Shown here: piece by piece, positions 26,135 through 37,560 of the stretch
Layout: each line of letters begins with the position of its first letter
Numbering within the stretch: position 1 is the stretch's first letter
Source: Lama glama
Taxonomy: Eukaryota
DNA: 64,000 nt
Assembly (NCBI GenBank): GCA_028534125.1
Contig: CM052830.1
Coordinates: forward strand, 22,878,001 to 22,942,000
Direction: 5' to 3'
Notes under the pieces: generated by a model
Databases searched by the model: none
Told to the model about the DNA's origin: nothing
The model's input: the letters and a program-made list of their open reading frames with translations, nothing else
Position numbers and translations under genes: made by a program

Positions 26135-26292
26135 AGGACCTGCTGCTGTGGTCCTCAGGTCCGTCAGCACCCAGGGGCGCTCATTAGAAGGCAGAACCTC
26201 GGGTCCACTCCAGACCTGCTGACTCAGAATGCCTGCATTTCTGCAGCATTTCCATGTGGTTCTGCTGCACGTTAAAAGTGAGAAGCACTGAT
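26135..26292. mobile_element. MER5-family MITE
   Basis: gcagaacctcgggtccactccagacctgctgactcagaatgcctgcattt...aaagtgagaagcactg. Confidence 0.7.
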
Positions 26293-26747
26293 CTGGGGGA
26301 GGAGGCCCTATGCCAAGGGCTGGGTACCGAGGAACTGGAAAGCCAACCTGGAATCAGGGTTCCCAGGAACGACCCAGAAAGCAAGCTTTTCAAAAGCTCA
26401 CACAAGCAGACATTCATTTACAGCTCCTGCAGCTCTAAGCCCATGAGTTCCCCAGACAGTCCCAGTTTCAAAGGTTCTGTTCCATTTGCAGAGCACATAT
26501 TATGGATGGTCTGGGGCAAAGGGGATGGACCGGTGGGTACTGAGAACATGGGCTCGGGGGTGAGCTCAGTGAAGCTGTTACCATGTGGGGCTGGAGACAG
26601 ACTAATCAGCATGAAGGACTGCCAAGTGTCTGCACGGCCCAGCTGATCATCTGAAAATGAAAAACCAAGCTGAAGTCAGGACGAATGGTAGTGAGGGGAG
26701 GATCAAGGTCAAATTAGGCAGAAAAGAGAGTGGGTTTATACATATAA

Positions 26748-26953
26748 CAGAGCTGTCCAACAGAGCTTTCTGTGACGACAGAAACATTCTATGTCTGCAC
26801 TGTCCAGTGTGACAACTGCTAGCCACACATGGCTACTGAGCACTTAAAATACAGCCAGCACAACTAAGAAACTGAATTTCCAATTTTATTTAATTTTAGT
26901 TCATTTAAACTTAAAAGCTACATGTGACTGTTGGCCACCATACTGGACAGCAG
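26748..26953. mobile_element. MER3-like hAT-Charlie MITE
   Basis: Terminal gctgtccaa ... ctggacagc inverted ends and the internal ctagccacacatggctactgagcactt palindrome. Confidence 0.8.
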
Positions 26954-27259
26954 GGGTATAAGTAAACACCATGGGCAGAACAGCCCCTATGCCTGCCTCC
27001 GGCCCAAGAGGCCAGCAGGGTCCCCATTTAGGGAAGGGTCATTGATGGGGCACCTAAGGTACCAGTCAAGTAAGGAGGAAGGTTTGAGCGAGTACATTTA
27101 GACACACAGAAAATGGACATCCTGATAAAGTCAAACTCTTTGCCTTTAAAATTGTGTGTCTGCGGGGCTGAGCAAGGGAGATGTCCATCTGGTGGTGGCC
27201 CAGAGCAAAGTGTCACAGCTGTAGTGAGAGGAAGATGGCATTCATGGGGGACGGGGATC

Positions 27260-28400
27260 TGGCACTGGGTGGACACCTGCGTAGAACAGGGGTAATGCTG
27301 GCAATGGAAAATGGATCACATGCAAAGTGATTAAGCAAATAAATAAACACACAAAGGACAATGGGAGTTGGAGTTCCCATCGACAGAGAAGAGAGTTACA
27401 AATACGCCAAGAGAGAAAACAAGAATGGGCCTTCTGATGCTGGACTGAAACTTGAGACACGAGGGTGAGCTCAGAATTTTCAATGCGCCTGTATAGATGG
27501 ACACAGAAATGAATACAGATGTAAGCAGTTGTGCACAGACATACATACACACTGCCCGGCTCGCTCTGCTCGAGGGCCTGGGAGCAGCAGTGCCCAATAG
27601 CAAAAGGCACCTCTGTTTTCCAGATTTTGGCTTCTAAGTTCCATGCTCCACTTAAATGAAACAGGTCTCCTTGGAAAAATGGCTGATTCCAAGGCTTGGA
27701 CTGGAAAAACACAACACAGGCTTGGAACACCCTATTGTGCTCACAGAACAACGGGGGCATCAAAAAAGACGCAAGCTGACAGGACTGCCCCTGGCCAAAC
27801 TAGGACAATTTGAGCCTCAAAATGAGGAAAATCACAACCCATTGAGGAAAAGAGAAATCCGCGTGTCCACACTGGGATAAATAAAAGATGGAATGAAGGG
27901 GCACACAGATGTGATGTGCCACCTGCTAGGGCACAATAAAAACACACCACCCCTTCTGTGATTTTCCTGCCAAAATCGCACAAGCTGAATCTGTTCATGA
28001 GGAAATATCAGACGAACCCAAACTAAAGGCCATTCCACAGAATAAATGGCCTGCACTCTTCAAGTATGTCAAGGTCATGAGAGTCCAGGGAAAACTGAGA
28101 AATCATCCCAGACTGAAGGAGACCAAAGAAATATGACAACTAAATCGAACACGCGGTTCTAAACTAGGTACTCCCACTGCAACAACCAGTGGAACGTGAA
28201 CGAAGTTTGACGGGAGTAAGATGGCGACACTGATTTGATCTTGACGGACTCGCAGTGACTGTGTCTGAAGCACGGTCTGCGAGGGGGCCAGAGCACCATC
28301 TCGGCAGCTTACCCTCAACTAGTTCAAGAAGAAAGTCATCCTTGGTACAGGACTTGCAGCTTTTCTGTACGCGTGACACTGCTCCAGTGTGAACAATGAA
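27260..28400 (+). mobile_element. Old L1 (L1MC/MD-like) 3' UTR
   Basis: ccagattttggcttctaagttcca...cttggaaaaatggctgattcca...ctgtgattttcctgccaaaa...catgaggaaatatcagac...aaagaaatatgacaactaaat. Confidence 0.7.
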
Positions 28401-28919
28401 AAATCAACAACTTTACCGACTTTGGGCCAACAGAACGTCATGGGAACCCTTTGGAGGCATCTCAGAAAGAAGATCCTCTCTAGCAAAAAGAGGGCGCAGT
28501 GCAGGAAATCTCTTCCGTTCCGCCCGACGCAGACGTTTCTGGTGGAAGCTGGTGCCTAGAGCTGGGGCCACCATCTCGCCAACACGGGAAAAGCACTGGA
28601 AACTCGGCGAAAGCCGTCCCAGAGGCTGACGCCGTCGGGCTGTCAAGTCAGCAGGCCCCCAGAGCAGCGAGCTCAGACTGCTTCCGTGTGATTTACTTCC
28701 AGACCAAAATCTGCCACTGGGTGAAGAGAGGGGCCGGTCCGGGAGCTCAGGCCTCCCTCCCACTCCAGGCCACGCAGGCACCTCTGCCCCTCACTGCCTG
28801 CCGCGTTTCAGCTTCCCACCCATTCGTCCTCGGGTCCAGGTTCGGAGTTGCTGACATGAGAAATGGCCTTCCTATGGGGTACGGCCCCTCCTTACTTGAA
28901 GTCAGTCCCTCCCTTCACC

Positions 28920-28921
<2 letters not shown>

Positions 28922-28965
<44 letters not shown>

Positions 28966-28978
28966 ACACACTTACACA
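28922..28978. repeat. (CA)n microsatellite
   Basis: acacacacac... seen directly. Confidence 0.97.
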
Positions 28979-29688
28979 GAAACAGAACAAAAATGGGCCT
29001 CGCAGAAACAAGAAATCACAACCATGTTTATAGTCAACGTCACAGACCCTGTCTAGACTAAGAAAGGATCAAAGATGAAGCTGAAAACACCCGAACACAG
29101 TCTCCTCTTGGACTTTAGGTCCCGTGGTCGCCCCCTCCGTGCTTCACCTGGTGTGCTCTGCACCCCACCCCCGCCATACTTTCCCCTCATGACCACGTCC
29201 ATACTCAGAATTCTTGGCTCCCGTTCGCACCACCACACCTGAAGGGCAGCTCCCACCTGGGCAGCTCTCAGGGCTGGGGCCTGAGAGACGGAGGCTGACA
29301 CCACGCCAGTTTCATGCCTCCCCACGGCCCTGCCGATGCTGGTGAGCAAGGTCAGAGTGCTGGGGGGAACCTCATACATGTGAAGACAGAATCCACAGAG
29401 GCAAGTGCGAGAAATCCTTCTGAACGCTCGAGATCCCACCCAGCATTTCCACGGCTTTTTTTTTTTTTGAGTATGAAAAGAATGCCCCTACCCTGAGCCC
29501 AGAGAAGTTTCCACGACATTTACTATTTCTCCTAAATTATCACATCTGGCAGCACAGTCAAGCAGACACCAAGGATAAAAGGTGTGAGCTTTTCTGAGCA
29601 GACACCCAGCTAGCCCCGTGCACGTGTGCCTGGAGGGGCAGCTCACACGTGTTTGGAGAGGCTGCCAGTGGTTCTTGACAAGGAGGGA

Positions 29689-30163
29689 GTAGAGGGTTGA
29701 ATGGTTCCCCCTCCCCGACCCCAAATATGTCCCAATCCTAACCCTGGAACCTGTGAATATGATCTTATTTGGAACAATGTCACTGCAGGTAGCATTAAGT
29801 TAAGAATCCTGAGATGAGATTGTCCCGGATTTAGGGTCACCCTGGATCCAAAGGCAGGTGTCCTTTTAAGAGCGAGGCAGGGGCAGACGAGAGCCACAGA
29901 CACACAGAGAGAAGAGCGCCACGTGAAGGCAGAGGCAGCGACTGCAGGGGTGCATTTACAAGCTAAGGGGGACACTGATGTTCGGCAGCCAACAGAAGCC
30001 AGGGGAGAGGCGTGGAATGATTCTCCCTCAGGGCCTCCAGAAGGAACCAACCCTGTCGACACCTTGACTTCAAACTCTGTCTTCTGAAACCATGAGAGGA
30101 TAAATTTCTTTTGTTTCAAGCCAAGTTTGTGGTCATTGGTTACAGCACCTTGGAAAGCTCACA
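29689..30163 (+). mobile_element. MLT1 (MaLR) solo LTR
   Basis: ggttgaatggttcccc...cctggaacctgtgaatatgatcttatttgga...gaaggaaccaaccctgtcgacaccttgacttc...aaatttcttttgtttcaagccaagtttgtggtcattggttacagca. Confidence 0.9.
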
Positions 30164-31722
30164 GTACGGGCAAGGGGGGCCACCCGGGGTGGGCTTTGTC
30201 CAGAGAAGAAACAATGGTCCCCCCCAGCTGTGATATGTCAGACCAGGGGGCACAAAGGCTCTGGCATGAGGATGAAATGGAACCTTTTAGGTGTGGCAAA
30301 GGCTACTTCTCTGAGGACCTTCTTGCCTGCAGAGCTGGACAGTGAGTGGAAGAGAGCAGAGTGCCCGGGGACAAGGCGGGACAGCAAACAAGTTCTGAGG
30401 GTCAGCACGTGACTCCCTGAGGGTCTGCGTGGGCCTGACACCGAAGGCCCCAGGAGGGACTCCCCCATGAGGAAAGGGGCATCGCGCCATCCAGCCGGTG
30501 TCCCGGGCCCCCCCAACCATGATGCTGGGTGGGCAGGGCCACTGGGGGCGCTGTTTGCGGCGCTGGCTGGGCTCCCTCCGACCCGGGCGCCTGGGCCGTG
30601 CTTGCGCTCTGAGAGCAGGGACGAGCCATGCACACCCACCCTGGAAACCTTGGGGCCAGGGGGGCCCTCCCGCCCCACGCTCACGAGTGAGCCCCCAGGA
30701 GAGTTTATGGAAGAGTCTATGGAGGTCCATCAAGGCCCCGACACCGGCCGCCTCTCCCCCAGAGGAAAGCCTGGGTGGTGGGGTAGTGGCAGCCGCCGCA
30801 GCCCAGGGCCACCTGGAGGGCCGGTGGCACCGCGGGGAACGGGCCACACGTCCTGGTTCCTGCAGCTCGGGCCCTCAAGAGGGTTGAGAGCCCAGAACCT
30901 TCCAACTTCAGAGTGGCCGATACGTCAGGCTCCTGGTTCAAGCGCCCGCTCGGAGTCCCAGGACTTCTACCGCATCTCGGTCTTCCAAGTCACCTTCAGC
31001 CTGCCCCTTGGCCTCCCTGAGCCTCTGGTTCCTCCTCTGTGCAGTGGGGATCTGGGACCTCTCACGGCAAGGGGCTGAACCCACCGCGTGCATTAGCAGG
31101 CAGGCCACACGGCCCTTCCTCAGCATGGAGGTCTGACAGGCGGAGAGGACTGGCACACGTCTCTGTCACGAAGCCTGGAGACGCAGACCAGCATCAGCAA
31201 CAGGTAAGACTTCTGGGCAACTACGTGCTTCTCACAGCTTTGCCATTTGATCCTCAGAACAGCCTGAGGAGGTGGCTTCTTTCATTGCTCCCGTTTTATA
31301 AATTCGGAAGTTGGGGCGCAGGGAAGTTAAGAACTCGCCTCAAGCCACACAGCTTGCAAACAGTGGTGCGGGGACTTTGTCTAAGCCGTCCATCCCTCAC
31401 ACACTGTACCTCATGCCTGCTCGATCATGAATAATACACAGGTCTCTTTTTTTAAGGAGGTTACATTTTCAGACAGGGACAAGGCACTTAAAGAATAAAG
31501 AGGATTGCACGGTGATCAGTTTAACAGGACATGTGTGCTAAGTACGGACGTGACCCGGGGGGAAATAATGAAGTATCTGAGAGGGTCAAGGGAGATTTCC
31601 TAAGAGCCATGACACTCAATCTGGGTTTTGAAGGATGAATGGAAGTTTTCCCTAGTTAAAAAATAAAGAAACCAAAGGAAGACCCTGGGGAAGAAGGAAG
31701 AGTTTGGATGGGCAGAGGCAAA

Positions 31723-31861
31723 NNNNNNNNNNNNNNNNNNNNNNNNNNNNNNNNNNNNNNNNNNNNNNNNNNNNNNNNNNNNNNNNNNNNNNNNNNNNNN
31801 NNNNNNNNNNNNNNNNNNNNNNNNNNNNNNNNNNNNNNNNNNNNNNNNNNNNNNNNNNNNN
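31723..31861. other. Assembly gap (139 N)
   Basis: Run of N. Confidence 1.
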
Positions 31862-31949
31862 GGAAAAGTTTCAGGGAGACAAAACGCACTAAGAAAGTTA
31901 AAACGCTGTGAAGGGCAGGCAGGGTGCCCAGAAGAAGCTGGACGTCAGG

Positions 31950-32930
31950 GGCTGAAGACAAGGCCGACACGGGGAGCTGGGACGCGGTCAGGACAAGACG
32001 GACGGAAGAAGCCGCGCCTCGGGGCGGCCAGTGGGCGGAGCAACACAGGGGCCGCCCTGCTAGGGGACGCCGGCTCATCCCGCAAACACTGGCCGCGCAG
32101 TCCCTATAGTTCCCTTCCTCTGGGATCAAAGGTGACCCCTAGGACAGACGGCCTCTTACCCCAGACCCTGACCCTGGTTTCCAGGCAACGGCCGGACTCG
32201 GGCTCAGCTCCGGCCACCCCAACGGGCCCCTGCGGTGGCCGCTGGCCCGCTCCGGTGGCCGGAGTCGGAGGGGCTGTTCTCCCGGCCCCTTTCCCGCTTC
32301 CCCACCTCCCGTGAAGCGTCCGCGACTGCAGGAGGCTGGTGAGGGGTGTCCTGCCCTTGCCACCCCTCAGCTTCGAGTCACAGATTAAGCAAAGCCAAAC
32401 AACAGAAACTGCTCAAAACCAAAAAGCTGAATTCCAGCCCTTCCGAGCCGAGTGCACGCGCCCCGGAACTCCTCAGTCAAAGGCCTCCTAACCTCGCCGC
32501 CTTTCTCTAAAGACACCATGCAAGGAGAAGTCAGAGCCGGAAGACGCTCACTGCGCGGAGCAGAGAAGGGCATGAGTTTACGCAGCGCATCCCCTGGGCG
32601 CCACCTCCCGGCCCGACTCTGGGTCCCGCGCGAGCGGCAGCGGGCGCGGCGGCTCACACACGGGCCGGCGCGCCGACCGTGCGCCGTCCTCCCACTGCGC
32701 CCTCGGGTTCTCCTCCCGACGGCGGGGGGCCGCGGCCACCCCCGGGAATCCTGACTTTTCAGAGCACACCACGCTTGCAGGACGGCCTCAAGGCTGCTCA
32801 GCCAATGAGGGAAACTAAGATTCGAAGCCCACATTTCTGATTCTTCAATATTAAAAATCACGCTTTGAACAGGGTCCTTGGGGAAACGAGGTGATCGCGT
32901 GCCGGGAGGAGAGGTGGGGGCGTCTGACAG
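31950..32930. promoter_or_regulatory. CpG island, candidate promoter
   Basis: About 1 kb of dense CpG. Contains a CTCF-like gggcgccacctcccggcc (32596-32613), an NF-kB-like gggaatcc, a CCAAT box agccaatga (about 32800) and an ETS gccggaag. Confidence 0.65.
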
Positions 32931-34149
32931 CGGCACAGGGAGGGGCAATCTGGACACCAGCCTTTGCCAGGCACTGCTGCGTGCTGAGCTGTGTCTAGCA
33001 CGGTTCTGTTAACCCTCACAAGCCTTCAAGGAGGTCACCAGTGTCACCGACTTATTTACACAGGGTTGAGGCTGAGCTGAGGTTGAGAAAGGCTCAAAGA
33101 CTGGAGCGCAGTCAGTTAGTGAATGAGTCCAGATTAGCACTCAGCCTGACCTTCGAATGGGCGTTCTGCCCACACCACACCATCTGGGAGTCGCCTGACT
33201 GACCGTCTAGCCTCCCAGGCATGTCTCCGGGCGTCTCCGGCCTCCATCAGGCCCAGCTGGGGCGCCCAAAATGCAGAACCTTATCTTCCAGCCCAGCTGA
33301 GCCTCTCCCACCAAGGGCCAGGCCTCTGAGACCTCCCCAGCCAAACACAGACTTGCTGAGTGGACGGCCTGCCTGGGCAGAAAGTCCATCCGTCTGTCCG
33401 CCCGTCCGAGGGCTCTCTCACCCTATTCATGGCTGGGAAGCCCTTTCGCTATTTATCAGGCCAGACCAGTTTATCCAGTTCCAATTTAGGATGACTTTTT
33501 ACAAGTTAACTAGTTGATTCTTGTATGGTTTGGCTCACAAGGCAAGTATTTGTGGTTTTTCTCCGGGGGTAACCAGGGCCGGCCCTCCAGGGCCAGGTCT
33601 CCTCCCAGGTACCTTGGGCCCAGCCTGCTCCTCAGTCCTGAGTCCACCCGCCGCCGCGGGGCTTGGACCCACACACAGCTGCCGGGTGCTCTGGGCCTCC
33701 GTGCTGGGTCCTCTGTCCAGTGTACCCTGGCCTGGCTGCTGCCGGGACCACCGCCTGCCATAGCTCCCTCTTGGACCGAGAAGTGGCCGCTTAGCTTTGT
33801 AGCAGTTTTTATGGGTGGAACTAGAAACGGGTGGAGCTGAAACTCAGAGCTGCGCCCAGCTGAGTCACATCCAAGCCCCAGACGCCCTCGGCCTGGCCCG
33901 GGACGGGGTGGTCATTCGAGCCCTTCCCGCCCCATCCTGCTCCCTCCCAGCCAAGACAGGTGTGTGCGCATGCCCACTGATCTGCCCCAAGGTGTGCCGG
34001 AGCTGGGCCGGCCCTCAAGGAAATGGCTCCCATGCAGATAACGCCCTTGGCTTCCCTGAGGCCTGTGCTTACATGTGACCAAGGTCACCTCCAGCAGACC
34101 TTAATAAATGGCATTTTCCCTGATGAAGGTGTGACAGTCTTGCTCCTTT

Positions 34150-34880
34150 TGAACCCTGCTGTGCTGTTGGTGGGAATGCAATTTGGTGCAGCCACTGTGA
34201 AGGACAGTGTGGAGGTTCCTTAATAAACTAAAAATAGACTTACCATACGACCCAGCAGTCCCAGTCCTGGGCACGTATCTGAAGGAAACTGTCATTGGAA
34301 AAGACACATGCACCCCAGTGCTCACAGCAGCACTATTTACAACAGCCAAGACATAGAAGCCACCGCCAGATGACTGGATAAAGAAGGTGTGGTACATTAG
34401 AATATTACTCAGCCATAAAAAAGAACAAAATAATGCCATTTGCAGCGACATGGATGGACCTGGAGATGATCATATTAAGTGAAGTAAGTCAGACAGAGGA
34501 AGACAAATATCATATGATATCATTTATATGTGAAATCTAAAAAAAGACAAATTTTATCTACAAATCAGAAGTAGACTGATGGACATAGAAACCAAACTAT
34601 AGTTACCAAAGGGGAAAGCGGGGAGGGATAAATTAGCAGCTTGAGATTAATCGATACACATTACCACAAGTAAAATAGATAAACAAACAACAAGGACCTA
34701 CTGTAGAGCACTGGGAACTATATTCAATTTCTTGCAATAAGCTATAGTGGAAAAGAATCTGAAAATAAATGTATGTATGTTTGTCTATGTATAACTGAAT
34801 CACTTTGCTGTACACCTGAAACTAACATTGTAAATCAACTACACTTCAATCAAAAAAAAATTAAAAAAAAAAAAAGAAAA
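34150..34880 (+). mobile_element. 5'-truncated L1
   Basis: ctgttggtgggaatgcaatttggtgcagccactgtgaaggacagtgtggaggttcct...tcaatcaaaaaaaa covers the ORF2 C-terminus, 3' UTR and poly(A). Confidence 0.92.
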
Positions 34881-35260
34881 GTCTCACTGGCTTTGACAGC
34901 TTTGACAAGTCCATGTATCACTCTTAGAAGCTCACCTGCTTCCTAGAGAAAAATCAGATTGGGGTCAGGTCTGTCTGTTGATTCAGAAACTGTACCTCAA
35001 GTTCCAAATAAGTGAAAAGGAGTTACGAATTAAAAAGAAAACCATACTGAAGATGGGAAATGATGAGTTGAAAGATGAGGCGTTTGAAAGCATGTCTTAC
35101 AGAAACGTAGCACTCCATGCCTTTTTAGAAAGCCTCATTCCGTGAGATCTACCGTTCCTTTGCACACGTGGCACTTTAAAACAAACTGAGGCACAGGTCA
35201 ATGCAGAATATAATTAATGACCAGTTCTAACACCAACTGTTCCACAGACTGATCTTCAAC

Positions 35261-35472
35261 TTTTTCCTTTTTTGCTTTTTCAGTTGGAGTACAATCTGTT
35301 TACAATGTTGTGTCAATTTCTGGTGCACAGCACATTGCTTCAGTCATACATGAACATTCATATATTCGTTTTCATATTCTTTTTCACCGTTAGCTACTAC
35401 AAGATATCGAATATAGCTCCCTGTGCTCTACAGTATGAACTTGTTTATCTATTTTATAGATACCAGTCAGTT
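35261..35472 (-). mobile_element. Short L1 3' end with TSD
   Basis: Antisense L1 3' UTR flanked by the direct repeat tgatcttcaac (35250-35260 and 35473-35483). Confidence 0.88.
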
Positions 35473-37423
35473 TGATCTTCAACCTTAAAAAAAAGCCATC
35501 ACACCCAAATGACCACTTTACTTTTTCTCCCTCATGTGTTAAAATGATGAACTATAGAATTCTTGGCTTTAAATATCGCTAGTTAGAAATTTTAACGTTT
35601 CAGTAACTTGAATTTGAATCTGTTGTACGTTTACATGGAAATCGAACTTCAGATCCAAGAAAGCACACAAACTTGCAGGACAGGGTTTCCATGGGTTTAT
35701 TCGATGCCTCCTCCTTCCATGAGTCATGGAAAGACGCACCACTCAGACGATGGCTGTAAAATTTATCTTTATGTTAAAAGTTGAGGAACAATTGCTCTAA
35801 ATCACTTCACTCTTTAAACGAGTTCTAGAAGCTTGAGCACTTGTGGGAGGGAGAGAGAAAGAGAGTGCCCATGTCTCAGCAGTGCTGGGGTGGCCAGCAC
35901 GAGAGAGACCCCCCCCCCCCGCCAAGGAATGAAACCTGGAAGGCCATCTGCTGAGGTGACTCCTCTCCAATCTGAGAATTCTTCTTAATCAGCTGTGCTT
36001 TGTTTCAGTCCAGCCCCTCAAGCTGGGCCTTCCACATCATTCCTCCACCACCCAGCCCGTGCCCTCCTAGAATAAGGATGACCTCAAGTGGGAAACACTC
36101 TCCAGCATGTGCTCGGGGCTTTGATTTTGTAGGTTTATTTTGCACATCCTAATTCTGCAGGAAACTCCCTGCAGATGTGGAGGAGCCCTCGATCACTGAC
36201 CTCTTGCTAAAAGACAAACAGTCAGAAACCAGAAACATGACCGGGAAGATAAACAGCTGTTCAGGTCTCAGCTGCCTGCTGGAATGGCAACATCTTCAGA
36301 AAGTGGGCCTCAGATTCATCTTGATCGAGAAGGTCAGGCCTTGAGGCTCTTTGTTCAGCTAGAGATGGTAAAAGCATGGCAGGCACACCCTCCCACCCCT
36401 CTCCCACACTCATGACAGACATCACTAGTCAATCACCGCATCCTTCTCCCCTGAGCCTGAAATCAGCCCCAGAATTCTTCTCACAGTGTGGTCCAGCCAG
36501 ACTCCCCGGCGCCAGATTAAATCTACTTGCCATCCTGGGAGTCCAGGTGCTAAGGGATGGGGATTATACGAAACCCCTCACAGGACGTGGGGCACTTGGT
36601 TCAAGTTCAAAGCAGAGCAGGAAGTTCTGTTTCACTGAGGTACCATCTCTGAACCCAACAACTCTGATTTAAGCAAAGAGCCATCAGCTGCAAGATGCTG
36701 GTGCTGACGTGCCCGCATTCGCTCAATGTGAGCCGTGCGCCAGGCGCTGCTCCGCACACCCTCACATGTACTGTCTCGTTTAGTTGATAACAGATGACTC
36801 GGACGCAAACCCGACCTACGATCCAGGACTCGTGTCTCAGGTCCGGCATGTCTCACGGCTGAGCGCAGCAGGAGTCACACAGGACAGCTGCGTGCCGAGG
36901 GCGCTCTCGCCCGCCCAGGACCTGCGCTCCAGCAGCTCTGCTGGCACGGAGGGCCTTTCTGAGCTCCAGCGCCGCCCCGGCCCGTCGGCTCCGGTCTGTC
37001 ACTTAGCCACATTCTGTCTCTGAAGCCACCGCTTCCAAAAGCAGCGTGCTTTGTCACACAGCCACCTTTGCCCCCAGTGGACAGCACAGCTTCCACAGAG
37101 AACACGCATTTTCCTTTCTCCACTGGCCATATCTGGTGATATTCCTAGAGCTGTGAGGGTGACGAATCTCTCCAGCAAGATGGTGCCAAGAGCGTCATTT
37201 CAGAGAACTGGGGGCAGGAGAGCTGCTGTTTCTCCTCCAGGGCTGGGGTCAGACTCTGGCCGGCTGAGTCACCTGGCCCGCTGGGATGTCATTTGGCCCT
37301 CGGGAACGCTCCGTGGAACCTGGGTGACAGCCTTGCACCAGCTGCTCCCAGAGCGGGGGAGTGAGAAAATACCAAGAATGATGACGAAAATGAGCGCTGC
37401 CAGCTCCACTGGACGCCGGCAAG

Positions 37424-37560
37424 CACCCCGGAATGCCCTGGAACACTCCGGAATGCCCCGGAACACCCCGGAATGTCCTGGAACGCCCCAGAATGCCCCG
37501 GAATGCCCCAGAACGCCCCGGAATGCCCTGGAACGCCCCAGAATGCCCCCGATGCCCCAG
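37424..37560. repeat. 10-bp minisatellite (GAAYRCCCCG), about 12 units
   Basis: gaatgccctg gaacactccg gaatgccccg gaacaccccg gaatgtcctg gaacgcccca ... seen directly. Confidence 0.95.

Noticed and set aside
37424-37560. Regular repeat as a possible CRISPR-like array
   Set aside because: A tandem minisatellite with no spacers, in a eukaryotic context.
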